This document shows positions 43,195 through 53,595 of a DNA stretch of 64,000 bases, piece by piece. The stretch lies in assembly GCA_963708025.1 (NCBI GenBank), contig CAVPSB010000032.1, positions 256,001 to 320,000 of the forward strand, in the 5' to 3' direction. Numbering within the stretch: position 1 is the stretch's first letter; each line of letters begins with the position of its first letter. The notes beneath the pieces are model-generated. The model had not been told where the DNA came from. It did not search any database and saw only the letters and a program-made list of their open reading frames with translations. The stretch comes from an uncultured Candidatus Rokubacteria bacterium (lineage in GTDB: Bacteria; Methylomirabilota; Methylomirabilia; Rokubacteriales; DASRDR01). A program made the translations under genes and the position numbers.

Positions 43195-43748
43195 TCGCTG
43201 GCGTCCGTCCCCGTGGTGGGGCGCGGCTCCCCGGCCCGGGCCCGGTCGGCTCCCCTCGGCGCCGGCGCCTGCATCGCGCGCAGGCGGGTGCCGGTCGCCC
43301 AGGACGGCGCGAACTGCTGGCCCAGCGTGTGCAGCCGGTCCTTGTCGAGCAGCAGCGTCCGGCGGTCGTCGGTGGCCAGGTCGAAGGTCTTGAGCATGAT
43401 GATCGCGTCGGTCGGGCAGACCTGGACGCACAGCTCGCAGAACTCGCAGGCGTAGAGCTCCAGGAAGAAGATCTTGGCGAAGTTCCGCTTCTCGCCCTTC
43501 AGCATCTCGACCTTGATGACCTGGGGCGGGCAGATGTACTCGCAGAGCCGGCAGCCGATGCAGTTCTCCTCGCCCGTCTCCGGATCGTAGGTGAGAGCCA
43601 GCAGCCCCCGGAAGCGCTCCGGGTACGGCCGGGTCACCTCCGGGTAGTGGACGGTGACCGGCTTGCGGAAAAGGTTCCGGAGCGTCACCCCCATCGCGGT
43701 GCCGCCGGCCCGGATCATCCGGAGCGTGGTCCGGAGCGTCTCAGCCAC
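43191..43748 (-). CDS. nuoI: NADH-quinone oxidoreductase subunit I (cluster 2)
   Basis: CIGCRLCEYICP and CEFCELCVQVCP. Confidence 0.93.
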   Translation of the reverse strand: MAETLRTTLRMIRAGGTAMGVTLRNLFRKPVTVHYPEVTRPYPERFRGLLALTYDPETGEENCIGCRLCEYICPPQVIKVEMLKGEKRNFAKIFFLELYACEFCELCVQVCPTDAIIMLKTFDLATDDRRTLLLDKDRLHTLGQQFAPSWATGTRLRAMQAPAPRGADRARAGEPRPTTGTDASE

Positions 43749-44730
43749 CGCCGCCGCCTTGCAGCACCACCACGACCGCCGCCGCCAGCAGGAGGGCCAG
43801 CGAGGCGGGCAGGAACACCTTCCAGGAGAGCGCCAGGATCTGGTCGACCCGGATCCGGATGAACGACCAGCGGATCCAGACGACCAGGAGGAAGAGCATC
43901 ACCGCCTTCAGGATGAACCAGACGGGCCCGAGCCCGGCCGGCCCCGGGCCGAGCCAGCCGCCCAGGAACAGGAGCGTCCCCAGGCACGCCACCCCGAAGA
44001 GATGGGTGAACTCGGCGAGCTGGATCAGGGCGAACTTCATGCCCGAGTACTCGACACGGAAGCCGGCGACCAGCTCCGACTCCGCCTCGACGATGTCGAA
44101 GGGGATCCGGTTCTCGGAGGCGAGCGACGCGACGAGGAACGCCGCGAACGCGAGCTGGCCGAGCACGGGGTAGGTGACGAACCACCACGGATCCTGGGCG
44201 GCGACCAGGTCGCTGAGCCGCAGCGACCCCGCCAGCACGACGGGCACCAGCGCGATCAGGATGAACGGCACCTCGTACGCGATGATCTGGTTCACGGCCC
44301 GCATGGCGGAGAGGAGCGCGTACTTGTTGTTGGACCCCCAGCCGCACATGAACAGCCCGACGACCTCGAGGGAGGACACCGCCAGGACGAACAGGAGCCC
44401 GATCTGGAGGTCGGCCAGCGCCAGCCGCGGCGCGAACGGGATCGCGGCGTACATCAGGAAGGCAGGGATCAGGAAGACGATCGGCGCCAGGTTGTAAACC
44501 GGCCGGTCGGCGACGGTCGGGACGATGTCTTCCTTCAAGAGGAGCTTGAGCGCGTCGGCGATCGGCTGGAGCCAGCCGTGCGGCCGCCCGACCCGGTAGG
44601 GTCCCACCCGCGACTGGAGCCGGGCCGCGAACTTCCGCTCGAGCAGCGTCAGGTACGCGATGAACACGAGCACGCCGTTCAGCAAAATGAACGGCGGAAG
44701 CACGATCCCCACCACGTCGGCCACGCTCAT
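43741..44730 (-). CDS. nuoH: NADH-quinone oxidoreductase subunit H (cluster 2)
   Basis: ERKFAARLQSRVGP, QPIADALKLLLKE, PFDIVEAESELVAG. Confidence 0.93.
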   Translation of the reverse strand: MSVADVVGIVLPPFILLNGVLVFIAYLTLLERKFAARLQSRVGPYRVGRPHGWLQPIADALKLLLKEDIVPTVADRPVYNLAPIVFLIPAFLMYAAIPFAPRLALADLQIGLLFVLAVSSLEVVGLFMCGWGSNNKYALLSAMRAVNQIIAYEVPFILIALVPVVLAGSLRLSDLVAAQDPWWFVTYPVLGQLAFAAFLVASLASENRIPFDIVEAESELVAGFRVEYSGMKFALIQLAEFTHLFGVACLGTLLFLGGWLGPGPAGLGPVWFILKAVMLFLLVVWIRWSFIRIRVDQILALSWKVFLPASLALLLAAAVVVVLQGGGGG

Positions 44731-45008
44731 CCCGCGACCCCTGAGCCGGGCCGAGAACCGAGCCCGCTCATCCCGCGACCCCCGAGCCGGGCCGAGAACG
44801 GAGCAGCGCCCAAGGGAAGGCGTCCGACGGACGCAGGGAGTCGCCGACCGCAGGCGTACTCCGAGTACGCCGAGGATCGGCGACGACCGAGGACGACCAT
44901 AGGCCGGGACGGACGCCCCAGGCCGAAGGCCGTCCGATCGACGCAGGCCGAGCGCGTCACGGCCGAGATAGAGATCGCGAAGGTTCTCGGCCCGGCTCGG
45001 CCCGGCTC
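44724..45008. repeat. Family A repeat, copy A6, with a 40-bp tandem duplication of its left end plus the nuoH start
   Basis: Outer stem ccgagccgggccgagaac/gttctcggcccggctcgg; 44724-44763 is repeated at 44765-44804 with 2 mismatches. Confidence 0.9.
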
Positions 45009-46166
45009 TCACCGGTCGACCTCGCCGAAGACTGGATCGATCGACCCCAGGATCGCGACGGCATCGGCGATCTTGTGGCCGGGAAGGATGTGGCCGGCGA
45101 CCGCCAGGTTCGAGAAGGACGCGCCCCGCCACTTCATCCGGTAGGGCTTCGTCGCGCCGTCCGACACCAGGTAGATCCCGACCTCGCCCCGCGGCCCCTC
45201 CACCCGGGCATAGGCCTCGCCCTTCGGCAGCTTCACCTGCGCCACCGACTTGACGCCGGGGCGCGAGGAGATAGGGCCGGCGGGCAGGCCGTCCAGCCCC
45301 TGCCGGACGATCCGGATCGACTCCCGGAACTCGCGCATCCGCACCCGGTAGCGGGCGAAGCAGTCGCCCTCGACCTCCACCGGGACGTCGAACTGGAAGT
45401 CCTCGTAGGAGGAGTACGGCTCGGCCCGGCGGATGTCGTGGGAGATCCCCGAGCCGCGGAGGAGCGGTCCCGAGATGCCGAGCTCCTGGGCCAGCTCCCG
45501 CGTGATGACGCCGACCCCCTGGCTGCGGACCAGGAAGATGGTGTTCCCCTCCAGCATGGCCTCGTACTCGACGAGTCGCTCCTCGATGTGGGCGAGCGTC
45601 CGCCGGCACTGCTCGGCCCATCCCTCCGGCAGGTCGTACCGCGTCCCGCCCACCTGGTGGAACCCGTAGAGGAGCCGGGCTCCGGTGAGCGCCTCGAAGA
45701 GGTCGAGGATCATCTCCCGCTCGCGGAAGCAGTAGAGGAACATGGTCGCCCCGCCCCCGAGGGCGCCGCCCATGTCCATGCACCACGTCCCCAGCCACAG
45801 GCAGTGGGAGGCGATCCGCTGCAGCTCGGCCACCAGGACCCGGAGATGCTGCGCGCGCTTCGGCACCTCGATCTGGCCGAGCTGCTCGGCGGCCCGGACG
45901 TAGGTCAGCTCGGCGGTCATCGCGGCGACGTAGTCGGTCTTCGAGGCGATCGAGGGGTACTGGACGTAGGTCAGCGTCTCGCCCAGCTTCTCGTGGCAGC
46001 GATGGAGGTAGCCGATCACCGGGTCCACCGCCACGATCGTCTCGCCCTCCAGCGTGAGGATCATCCGGAAGACGCCGTGGGCGGACGGGTGCTGCGGCCC
46101 CATGTTCATCACGAGGCGCTCGTTGCCGCCGTAGCCGTACTCGATGACCGTTCGCCCCTCGGCCAT
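45009..46166 (-). CDS. nuoD: NADH-quinone oxidoreductase subunit D (cluster 2)
   Basis: NMGPQHPSAHG, IGYLHR, C-terminal GEVDR; no NiFe CxxC motifs. Confidence 0.93.
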   Translation of the reverse strand: MAEGRTVIEYGYGGNERLVMNMGPQHPSAHGVFRMILTLEGETIVAVDPVIGYLHRCHEKLGETLTYVQYPSIASKTDYVAAMTAELTYVRAAEQLGQIEVPKRAQHLRVLVAELQRIASHCLWLGTWCMDMGGALGGGATMFLYCFREREMILDLFEALTGARLLYGFHQVGGTRYDLPEGWAEQCRRTLAHIEERLVEYEAMLEGNTIFLVRSQGVGVITRELAQELGISGPLLRGSGISHDIRRAEPYSSYEDFQFDVPVEVEGDCFARYRVRMREFRESIRIVRQGLDGLPAGPISSRPGVKSVAQVKLPKGEAYARVEGPRGEVGIYLVSDGATKPYRMKWRGASFSNLAVAGHILPGHKIADAVAILGSIDPVFGEVDR

Positions 46167-46167
46167 G

Positions 46168-46331
46168 GGTTAATCGGGCCGGGGGGGAGCTGCGCGCTCC
46201 ATCCGGATCGCCGCGGCGCCACGGGCCTGCGGCCCTCGGGACGCCGCGTCCCTCTGGTGGCCCGGACCCCCCCTCCGGGTTTCCCACCGTTCAGACGTCC
46301 TCGGAGATTCCTTCACCGCTTTCATCACTTC
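46168..46331. repeat. Family B repeat, copy B3
   Basis: About 110 nt nearly identical to 46987-47098. Confidence 0.9.
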
Positions 46332-46970
46332 TCAGTGGAGTGGGGAGAAGAAGGTCGGGATCAGGAGCTTCGACTCCTGCGCCTGCATCAGGGGATGGAA
46401 CTTCGCCCGCACCTCCTGCCAGGCGGCGTCGCTGGCCAGCCCCTTCCAGACCTCCGCCCGGTGCTGCCAGTCGCGATAGGGCCAGAAGTGGACCACCGTG
46501 TTGAGCGGGCCCACCTCGGTCTGCCAGAAGCCGACCGGCGACGAGTGCTTCTCGCGGATCGGCAGGGCCGCCTGGACCGCGCGGGCCCACTCCGCCATCG
46601 TACCGGGCCGGAGCCGGTAGATCCGGAGCTCGTACACGCCCATGCCCGTCGCCGGCCGGACGGGGTACCAGTCGAACGGCGTGAGCAGCATGTTCTCCTG
46701 GCGGGTGAGCAACGGCGCGCTGCGGGGGACGTACTCGGTCATCCAGCGCTGGTCCTTCGCCAGCCCTGCCCGCGCCTCGGCCCGGGCGGCGACGTCGGCG
46801 AACTCCCAGAGGTGGAGCGCCTGGTTCAGCGGGCCGTGCTCGGTGGTCCAGTAGCCGAGGAGCTTGCCGAAGCGGTCGCCCCGGATCGGCCGGCTGACGT
46901 TCCCGGCCAGCTCCACGAACTCGGCGAGCTTGCCCGGCTGGACCTCGTAGGTGCGCAGTTCGTGGATCAT
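46332..46970 (-). CDS. NIPSNAP family protein (two domains)
   Basis: MIHELRTYEVQPG and VYELRIYRLRPG repeats, G.LN...H.W, P.FFSPL end; GGAGG RBS. Confidence 0.9.
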   Translation of the reverse strand: MIHELRTYEVQPGKLAEFVELAGNVSRPIRGDRFGKLLGYWTTEHGPLNQALHLWEFADVAARAEARAGLAKDQRWMTEYVPRSAPLLTRQENMLLTPFDWYPVRPATGMGVYELRIYRLRPGTMAEWARAVQAALPIREKHSSPVGFWQTEVGPLNTVVHFWPYRDWQHRAEVWKGLASDAAWQEVRAKFHPLMQAQESKLLIPTFFSPLH

Positions 46971-46986
46971 CCTGTCCTCCGGACTC

Positions 46987-47142
46987 GGTTATTCGGGCCG
47001 GGGGGGAGCTACGCGCTCCATCCGGATCGCCGCAGCGCCTCGGGCCTGCGGCCCTCGGGACGCCGCGTCCCTCCGGTGGCCCCGGACCCCCCCTCCGAGT
47101 TTCTCGTCGCTCAAATGTCTCGGGCGATGATCTCATCGCCTC
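46987..47142. repeat. Family B repeat, copy B4
   Basis: Matches B3 and B1, including the B1-like tail tctcgtcgctc..cgggcgatg. Confidence 0.9.
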
Positions 47143-47613
47143 TCATCGGTACGGCGGATGGGCCGTGTTGACGGCATAGTCCTTGCGGAGCGGGTGACCC
47201 TCCCAGTCCTCGGGGAGGAGGATGCGCCGCAGATCCGGGTGCCCGTCGAACCGGATCCCGAACAGGTCGTAGCACTCGCGCTCCATCCACAGGGCGCCCC
47301 GAAAGAGCCCGGTCAAGCTCGGGCACGACGCCTCCCGGCCGATGCGCGTCTTGAAGGTCAGGCCCAGCCCGCTCTCGAGATTCTCCAGCCGGCAGACGAC
47401 GTCGAACCCGTCCGCCTTCCAGTCCACCGCGGTGAGGTGGCAGAAGTACCGGCAGCCGAGCCTGTCCCGAGCGAACCCCGCCGCCTCGGTCCAGCGCTCG
47501 ACGGGGACGGAGACGACGAGGTGCCGGGCGTCGAGCGGCCGCTTCGGGTCCTCTCCCGCCGCCTCGACCCCCAGGTGCTCGCGAATCGCGGCGAGGGCGG
47601 CTTCGAGGGTCAC
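47143..47613 (-). CDS. nuoC: NADH-quinone oxidoreductase subunit C (cluster 2)
   Basis: ERECYDLFGIRFDGHPDLRRILL..GHPLRKDY. Confidence 0.92.
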   Translation of the reverse strand: MTLEAALAAIREHLGVEAAGEDPKRPLDARHLVVSVPVERWTEAAGFARDRLGCRYFCHLTAVDWKADGFDVVCRLENLESGLGLTFKTRIGREASCPSLTGLFRGALWMERECYDLFGIRFDGHPDLRRILLPEDWEGHPLRKDYAVNTAHPPYR

Positions 47614-47621
47614 CGAGCCTG

Positions 47622-48263
47622 TCAATCGGGGGTCGGCGCGGCTGCGGGCCGCCGGCCCGTCTTCTGGAACTCCGCCACCTTCTCCTGGAGCTTCAGGATG
47701 CCGAACATCAGCGATTCCGGGGTCGGCGGGCAGCCGGGCACGTAGACGTTGACGGGGACCACCCGGTCCACGCCCTTGACCACGTGGTAGCCGTGGCGGA
47801 ACGGGCCGCCGGAATTCGCGCAGGAGCCCATCGAGATGCACCACTTGGGGTCCGCCATCTGCTCGTAGATCCGCTTGAGCATCGGCGCCATCTTGATGGT
47901 GACGGTGCCGGACACGATCATCAGGTCCGCGTGTCGGGGCGAGGCCCACGGCACCATGCCGAAGCGCTCGACGTCGAAGCGGGAGGCGAACGTCGCCATC
48001 ATCTCGATCGCGCAGCAGGCGAGTCCGAACGTCACCGGCCACATCGACGACTTCCGGGCCCAGTTGAAGATCTTCTCGGTGGAGGCGACCATGAGCCAGC
48101 CGCCCGGGAAATGCTCCAGCCGGTCGGCCAGGCTCGAGAAAGTCTCCGAGATCTGGTCCCCGTCGACGCGCTCCTGACGGTACTTCACCCACTGCTGGAG
48201 GTCCTTGAACTCCTCCCACTCGACCGGCGGGATGGCGTACGGTGTCGGGGGAGGCGCTTTCAT
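47622..48263 (-). CDS. nuoB: NADH-quinone oxidoreductase subunit B (cluster 2)
   Basis: [30 protein letters not shown]. Confidence 0.93.
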   Translation of the reverse strand: MKAPPPTPYAIPPVEWEEFKDLQQWVKYRQERVDGDQISETFSSLADRLEHFPGGWLMVASTEKIFNWARKSSMWPVTFGLACCAIEMMATFASRFDVERFGMVPWASPRHADLMIVSGTVTIKMAPMLKRIYEQMADPKWCISMGSCANSGGPFRHGYHVVKGVDRVVPVNVYVPGCPPTPESLMFGILKLQEKVAEFQKTGRRPAAAPTPD

Positions 48264-48613
48264 CTCCACGCCAGCACCCCCTCCCGGTACGCGTACAGCC
48301 AGCCGAGCAGCAGGATGCCCAGGAACACCAGCATGGGGGCGAGGGCGGCCCAGCCGAGCGCGCGCAGGACCAGGGCCCACGGGAAGAGGAAGACCGCCAG
48401 CGCGTCGAAGACGATGAAGAGCAGCGCCACCAGGTAGAAGCCCACCGGGAACTGGATCCAGGCCGAGCCGATCGGTTCCGGCCCGCACTCGTAGCTGTCG
48501 AGCTTGACTGGATTCGGCCGAGCCGGCCGGACGATGCGGGCCACGGTCAGGCTCACGACGGAGAACGCGACGATCATGGCGAGGAACACGAGGACCGGCA
48601 GGTATTCGGTCAC
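48260..48613 (-). CDS. nuoA: NADH-quinone oxidoreductase subunit A (cluster 2)
   Basis: [21 protein letters not shown]. Confidence 0.92.
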   Translation of the reverse strand: MTEYLPVLVFLAMIVAFSVVSLTVARIVRPARPNPVKLDSYECGPEPIGSAWIQFPVGFYLVALLFIVFDALAVFLFPWALVLRALGWAALAPMLVFLGILLLGWLYAYREGVLAWR

Positions 48614-48623
48614 GGCGGGCCTC

Positions 48624-48701
48624 ATTATACCAATACCCGCCCGCGGCGCGGCTCAGGGATCGGCCCCGTCCCTGGCCTGGCGTCCAGCGCGACGATATAA
48701 T
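48624..48701. promoter_or_regulatory. Divergent -10 boxes for nuo cluster 2 and the small secreted protein
   Basis: Minus-strand TGG-TATAAT (48624-48629) lies 10 nt above the nuoA GTG; plus-strand TATAAT at 48696-48701. Confidence 0.55.
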
Positions 48702-48792
48702 GCCCCGCGGGAACCTTTCGCGAGATCGGTCGGTTGACCGTAACGTGAGAGACCCATCGAGGGCCCAAACCTCGCACACAGGAGGCCGATCC

Positions 48793-49086
48793 ATGCGAAT
48801 CCTCGTGCTGACCGTCGTGGCGCTGGTGGCGGTAGGGCTGGTGGCCGGGCAGGCGTTCGCGTTCAGCTGCCCGACGCTTCAGAAGGCCGCCGGCGAATCG
48901 ATCACCAAGGCCGAGGCGAACGCCGCCAAGGCGTCGGGCGACCGGGAAAAGGCCCGGGCGACCGCGATGGTGGAGGAAGCCAAGGAGCTGAACAAGCAGT
49001 CCGACGCGGACCACAAGGCGGGCAACCACGCCAAGTCCGAGGCGAAGGCGAAGGCGGCCAAGGCCCTCGCCGACATGGTTCAGTAG
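48793..49086 (+). CDS. Small secreted helical protein (hypothetical)
   Basis: AGGAGG RBS, signal peptide ending AFA, Ala/Lys-rich helical mature part. Confidence 0.75.
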   Translation: MRILVLTVVALVAVGLVAGQAFAFSCPTLQKAAGESITKAEANAAKASGDREKARATAMVEEAKELNKQSDADHKAGNHAKSEAKAKAAKALADMVQ

Positions 49087-49099
49087 CGCCCCGGCCGGC

Positions 49100-52000
49100 T
49101 CACCGCAGACCGCCCCTGCCCCCGCGGGGGCGGTCGCGGACATACCGCTCGACCAGCCCGCCCACCTCCCGCAAGAGCTCGTCGCGGCCGTAGGCGCCCT
49201 TCTCGATGATCTGCTCCACCACCCCCGTCAGGCGCCTCCGGTCCTCCGGGCTCAGCTCCTTCGCCGTCACCACCACGACGGGGATGCCCCGCCACTCGGG
49301 GCGCGCCCGGAGCGCTTCGATGAACTCGAAGCCGTCCATCTCCGGCATCATGAGGTCGAGCAGGATCAGGTCGGGCGGGCGCTCGGCCACGCGGTCCAGC
49401 GCCAGCCGGCCGTCCGGCGCCTCGGAGACCTGCCAGCCCTCACGCTCCAGGAGCCGCCGTGCGAGGTCGCGGGCGGCCGGGTCGTCGTCCACTACAAGGA
49501 CCGTGGGCAGGACCGTGGGCGCGGCCGACCCCGGGCGGTGACCCTGGAGGACGGCCAGCAGTCGGTCCCGGTCGACGGGCTTCGTCAGGTAGTCGGTCGC
49601 GCCGAGCGCGTAGCCGTGCGCCCGGTCGTCGACGATCGTCAGCATCACGACGGGGATCTCCGCCAGCTGGGGATCCGCCTTCAGCGCGCCGAGCACCATC
49701 CAGCCGTCGAGCCCCGGCATCATGACGTCGAGGGTGATCGCCGCCGGCCGCTCCTGGCGCGCGAGCCGGAGGCCCTCCTCCCCGCTCGCCGCCACCACGA
49801 CCCGCAGGCCCTCCCTGGCCAGGAAGCGCCGCAGCAGGTCGTGCACGGTCGGGTCGTCGTCGATGACCAGCACGGTGCTCGCCGGCCTCCCCGGCGGCCG
49901 GCGACGCCGCGGCCGCCGCCGCGGGCTTGCCGGGGCCTCGGCCGGGCGCGGGCGGCCGGCTCGGCCTCGGCGGCGGGGACCTCGGCCGGGAGCCGGATCG
50001 TGAACGTCGAGCCCCGGCCGGGCTCGCTCACCACGCTCACGTCGCCGCCCATCATCTGGCAGAAGCGCCGGCTGAGCGCGAGCCCGAGCCCGGTCCCGCC
50101 GTACCGGCGCGCGGTGGACGCCTCCGCCTGGGAGAACGGCTGGAAGAGCTTCCCCATCTGCTCCGGCGTCATCCCGATCCCGGTGTCGCTCACGTCGAAG
50201 ACGACCCACGCCCGGCCGCCGGACTCCTCCCGCACCACCCGGAGCCCGATGACCCCGCGCTCCGTGAACTTGCTCGCGTTGCTGATCAGGTTGAACAGGG
50301 CTTGCCGGACCTTGGTGAGATCCGCCCGCATGCCGCCCACCGACGCCGGGCAGTCGACCTCCAGCCGGTTCGCCTTCTTCGCGACGAGCGGCCGCGCGAT
50401 GTTGACGACGTCGCCGACCAGGTGAGCCAGGTCGAAGCTCTCGAGGTAGAGCTCCATCCGCCCGGCCTCGATCTTGGACAGGTCGAGCACGTCGTTGATC
50501 AGCGCCAGCAGGTGCTTGCCGGCGCCGTTCATCTTCTGGAGGTCGGCCACGAAGTCGCCGCGGCCGATCTCCTCCGCCTCCTCCTGGAGCATCTCGCTGT
50601 AGCCGATGATGGCGTTGAGCGGCGTCCGCAGCTCGTGGCTCATGTTGGCGAGGAACGCGCTCTTCGCCCGGTTCGCCGACTCGGCCGCCTCCTTGGCCCG
50701 CCGCAGCTCCTCGGCCGCCCGCTTCCGCTCGGTGATGTCGCGGACGATGTTCTGGATCGCCGGCTGCCCCAGAAAGGTCACCGGGACGGCGGCGATCTCG
50801 ACGTCCACGACCCGGCCGTCGAGCCGGACGAGCCGCTGCTCGACCAAGTCGGTCCGCTGCCCGGCTTCGGCCAGCGAGAGCCGGGCCTCGATCGCCGCGC
50901 GCTCCTCCGGGTGGACGAAGTCGAGGATCGAGCGGCCGGTCAGCTCGGCCGGGTCCGCCGCCCCGAACAGCCGGGCTCCGGCCGAGTTGACGAACATCAG
51001 CCGACCCTCGCGGTGGACCGCGATCGTGTCGGGTGACAGCTCCACCAGGCGGCGGTACCGCTCGTCGCTCTCCCGCTGCTCGCGGCGCGCGCGGTCGAGC
51101 GCGGCCAGCATGCCGTTGATGTCGCCGGCCAGCCGCGCCAGCTCGTCCGACCCGCTCAGGGCGAGGCGATCGGACAGGTCCCCCGTGGCGGCGATCCGCC
51201 CGACTTCCGTCCCGAGGGCGGCCAGGCGGGCCAGGACCAGCCGCTCCACCAGGCCGAGGGCGACCGCCCCGAACACCAGCCCCACCAGGGCGAGGGCGAT
51301 CAAGAGGTAGCGCAGCCCGGCCCGCCCCCGCTCGTAGGTCATGCGGGGCGTCGTCAGCCGCAGGAGGAGCGCCGGACGGCCGTCCAGGTCGGCGAGGAGG
51401 AGGTAGCCGGCGATCGTCTCCTCGCTCAGGACCCGGACCCGGATGTCCCGGCCCGGCGACATGGCGGCGGCGGCGTCCCGGACGTCCGCCGGGGCGGCCG
51501 GGTCAGCGGGCCGGTACCCGGTGAGCGCCAGCCGCGTGCGCCTCCCGATCGCCTCGATGCCGGAGTCGTCGAGCCAACGGCCGGTGATCAGCGTGCCTCG
51601 GCTCGGCCCCGACTTGTCGGTCCGGAGGATCGGGCGCGACGCGACGAGCAGGAACCCGTCCGGGAGCGACAGGATCCCGGTCGCGCCGACCCCGTGGTCC
51701 GGCGGGCCGAGGAGGGGGCGCCCGGGCTCCAGGTGGGGGAGCACGCCGGAAGGCGGCGGCGTCGGCCGGCCGGCCGCCAGGTCGAAGCCCTCGGCGAAGA
51801 CGATCCGGCCGGAGGCGTGCACGTACGCGATGAGGTTGAGCCCGAGTGACCTGATGCTGGTGTCCTGCAGGTTCGCCTTCACGTAGTCCGGGCTGCCCGT
51901 CTCCATGAAGGCGTAGGTGTCGTCCCACTCGGCCCAGTCGCGGACGGTGTAGGCCAGCTTGTTCAGCTCGTCCGCAAACGCCTCGCCGACCCGCTTGACG

Positions 52001-52134
52001 TGCTCCTGGGTGCGCTGCTCCGCCAGCTCGGCGATGCCCCTCAGGACGACGCGGGAGGTCACCGCGTAGACGACCACCATCAGGGCGACGAGGGTCAACC
52101 CGACGACGAGGAGGGTCTTCTTCCGGAGGCTCAT
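49100..52134 (-). CDS. Hybrid sensor histidine kinase (CHASE4-HAMP-PAS-HisKA-HATPase-REC-REC), frame disrupted in the linker at ~49880-49965
   Basis: DWAEWDDTY (CHASE4), [27 protein letters not shown]; two REC domains (LDVMMP, LDLMMP) in a different frame. Confidence 0.88.
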
Positions 52135-52435
52135 GGAGTGCCCGCCCGACGGCTCCCGCGGGCGGCATTATCGCATGCACCGCGGGCGGATCGGGAGCGA
52201 CACGGCGAACGGCCGCCGCTGCGACCGGCCAGCGGGCTTGACACCCCGTCGTCGCCGATGCTCTATTGCTCGTACGCTCCCGAGCCCTGTTGAATGGACC
52301 TCCCGATGTGCGACGTCGTCCGTATCGAGGACCGGGCGCTATCCGCCCGCCGGTGGCGCCCGATGATGTCGGGCCCGATCGAGCACGCCCTTCCGGAGAT
52401 CCTCGCCGGCCACGAGACGATGGTCCCGACGCCGG

Positions 52436-53590
52436 GTGCCGGCACCGAGAACCTGGTCCGGATGTCTCGGTAGACCGCCATCTGCGGGGGCGTCGACGGC
52501 GACCGTTCGGCTCGAGCACGCCTGGAAGCGGTACGGCGCCGTCGAGGCGGTGACGGACCTGACCCTGGCCTGCAAGGACGGTGAGTTCGTCGCCCTGCTC
52601 GGGCCCTCGGGCTGTGGAAAGACGTTGACGCTCCGGATGGTGGCCGGGCTGGAGACCGTCTCCGAAGGAGACGTCTTCATCGGCGATCGGCGCGTGAACG
52701 AGCTGCCGCCTCGCGATCGCGACATCGCCATGGTCTTCGAGGACTATGCGCTCTACCCCCACATGCGCGTGTACGACAACATCGCCTTCCCCCTCCAGAT
52801 CCGCGGACTGTCCCGCGCCATCATCGAGGACCGGGTCTCCCGCGCCATGGCGATGCTCGGGCTCCAGACCCTGCGGAACGAGAGCGTGCAGCGCCTGAGC
52901 GGCGGCGCCCAGCAGCGGGTCTCGATCGGCCGCGCGATCGTGCGTGATCCCCGGGTGCTGTTGATGGACGAGCCCATCTCCCACCTCGACAGCGCCCACA
53001 AGATCCAGCTCCGGGGGGAGCTCAAGCGATTGCAGCGGTCGCTCGGCGTGACGACGCTCTACGTCACCCACGACCAGGTGGAAGCGATGGCCCTCGCCGA
53101 CCGGGTCGCCGTGATGAACCTCGGCCGTCTCCAGCAACTCGGGCCACCGCGTCAGCTCTACGAGCATCCAGCCAACCTCTTCGTCGCCGGCTTCATCGGC
53201 GAGCCGCCGATGAACCTCGTCCCCGTCGAGCTGGCGGAGGACGGGCAGCGCCTGCGGGGGGCCGACCTGGACCTCGCGCTGCCGGCGCGATTCCACGGCG
53301 TCCTCCAGAGGACCACCTCGCCACGCCTGGTCCTCGGCATCCGGCCGGCCGACCTCACGGTCGAGCTCTCGCCTACGGCGGGCGGCCGACGGGGCGGCGT
53401 GTACTCCGTGCAGCCGCGGGGGGACTCGGTGGTCGTCGCGGTGCGGACGACGATCGGGCTCTTGCTCGCCGAGACGCCGGCGGGGGCGGGCCTCGCCGTC
53501 GGCGACCTGGTCGGGCTCGGCTTCGCTCCCGACCGCATCCATCTCTTCGACGCCGAGAGCGGCGGCAACGTCCTCGGAGCGGCGGTCTAG
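52436..53590 (+). CDS. Carbohydrate-type (MalK-like) ABC ATP-binding protein 1; start uncertain
   Basis: GPSGCGKT, LSGGAQQR, LMDEP, YVTHDQ, TOBE-like tail. Confidence 0.88.
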   Translation: MPAPRTWSGCLGRPPSAGASTATVRLEHAWKRYGAVEAVTDLTLACKDGEFVALLGPSGCGKTLTLRMVAGLETVSEGDVFIGDRRVNELPPRDRDIAMVFEDYALYPHMRVYDNIAFPLQIRGLSRAIIEDRVSRAMAMLGLQTLRNESVQRLSGGAQQRVSIGRAIVRDPRVLLMDEPISHLDSAHKIQLRGELKRLQRSLGVTTLYVTHDQVEAMALADRVAVMNLGRLQQLGPPRQLYEHPANLFVAGFIGEPPMNLVPVELAEDGQRLRGADLDLALPARFHGVLQRTTSPRLVLGIRPADLTVELSPTAGGRRGGVYSVQPRGDSVVVAVRTTIGLLLAETPAGAGLAVGDLVGLGFAPDRIHLFDAESGGNVLGAAV

Positions 53591-53595
53591 AGTCC

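Noticed and set aside
46168-47142. Integron attC sites around NIPSNAP
   Set aside because: The ends (GGTTATTC/GGTTAATC) do not form the RYYYAAC...GTTRRRY pair, and no integrase is present.
45009-48263. Group 4 [NiFe] hydrogenase instead of complex I
   Set aside because: The D subunit lacks the N- and C-terminal CxxC Ni ligands and ends GEVDR; the B subunit has the tandem CC of NuoB.
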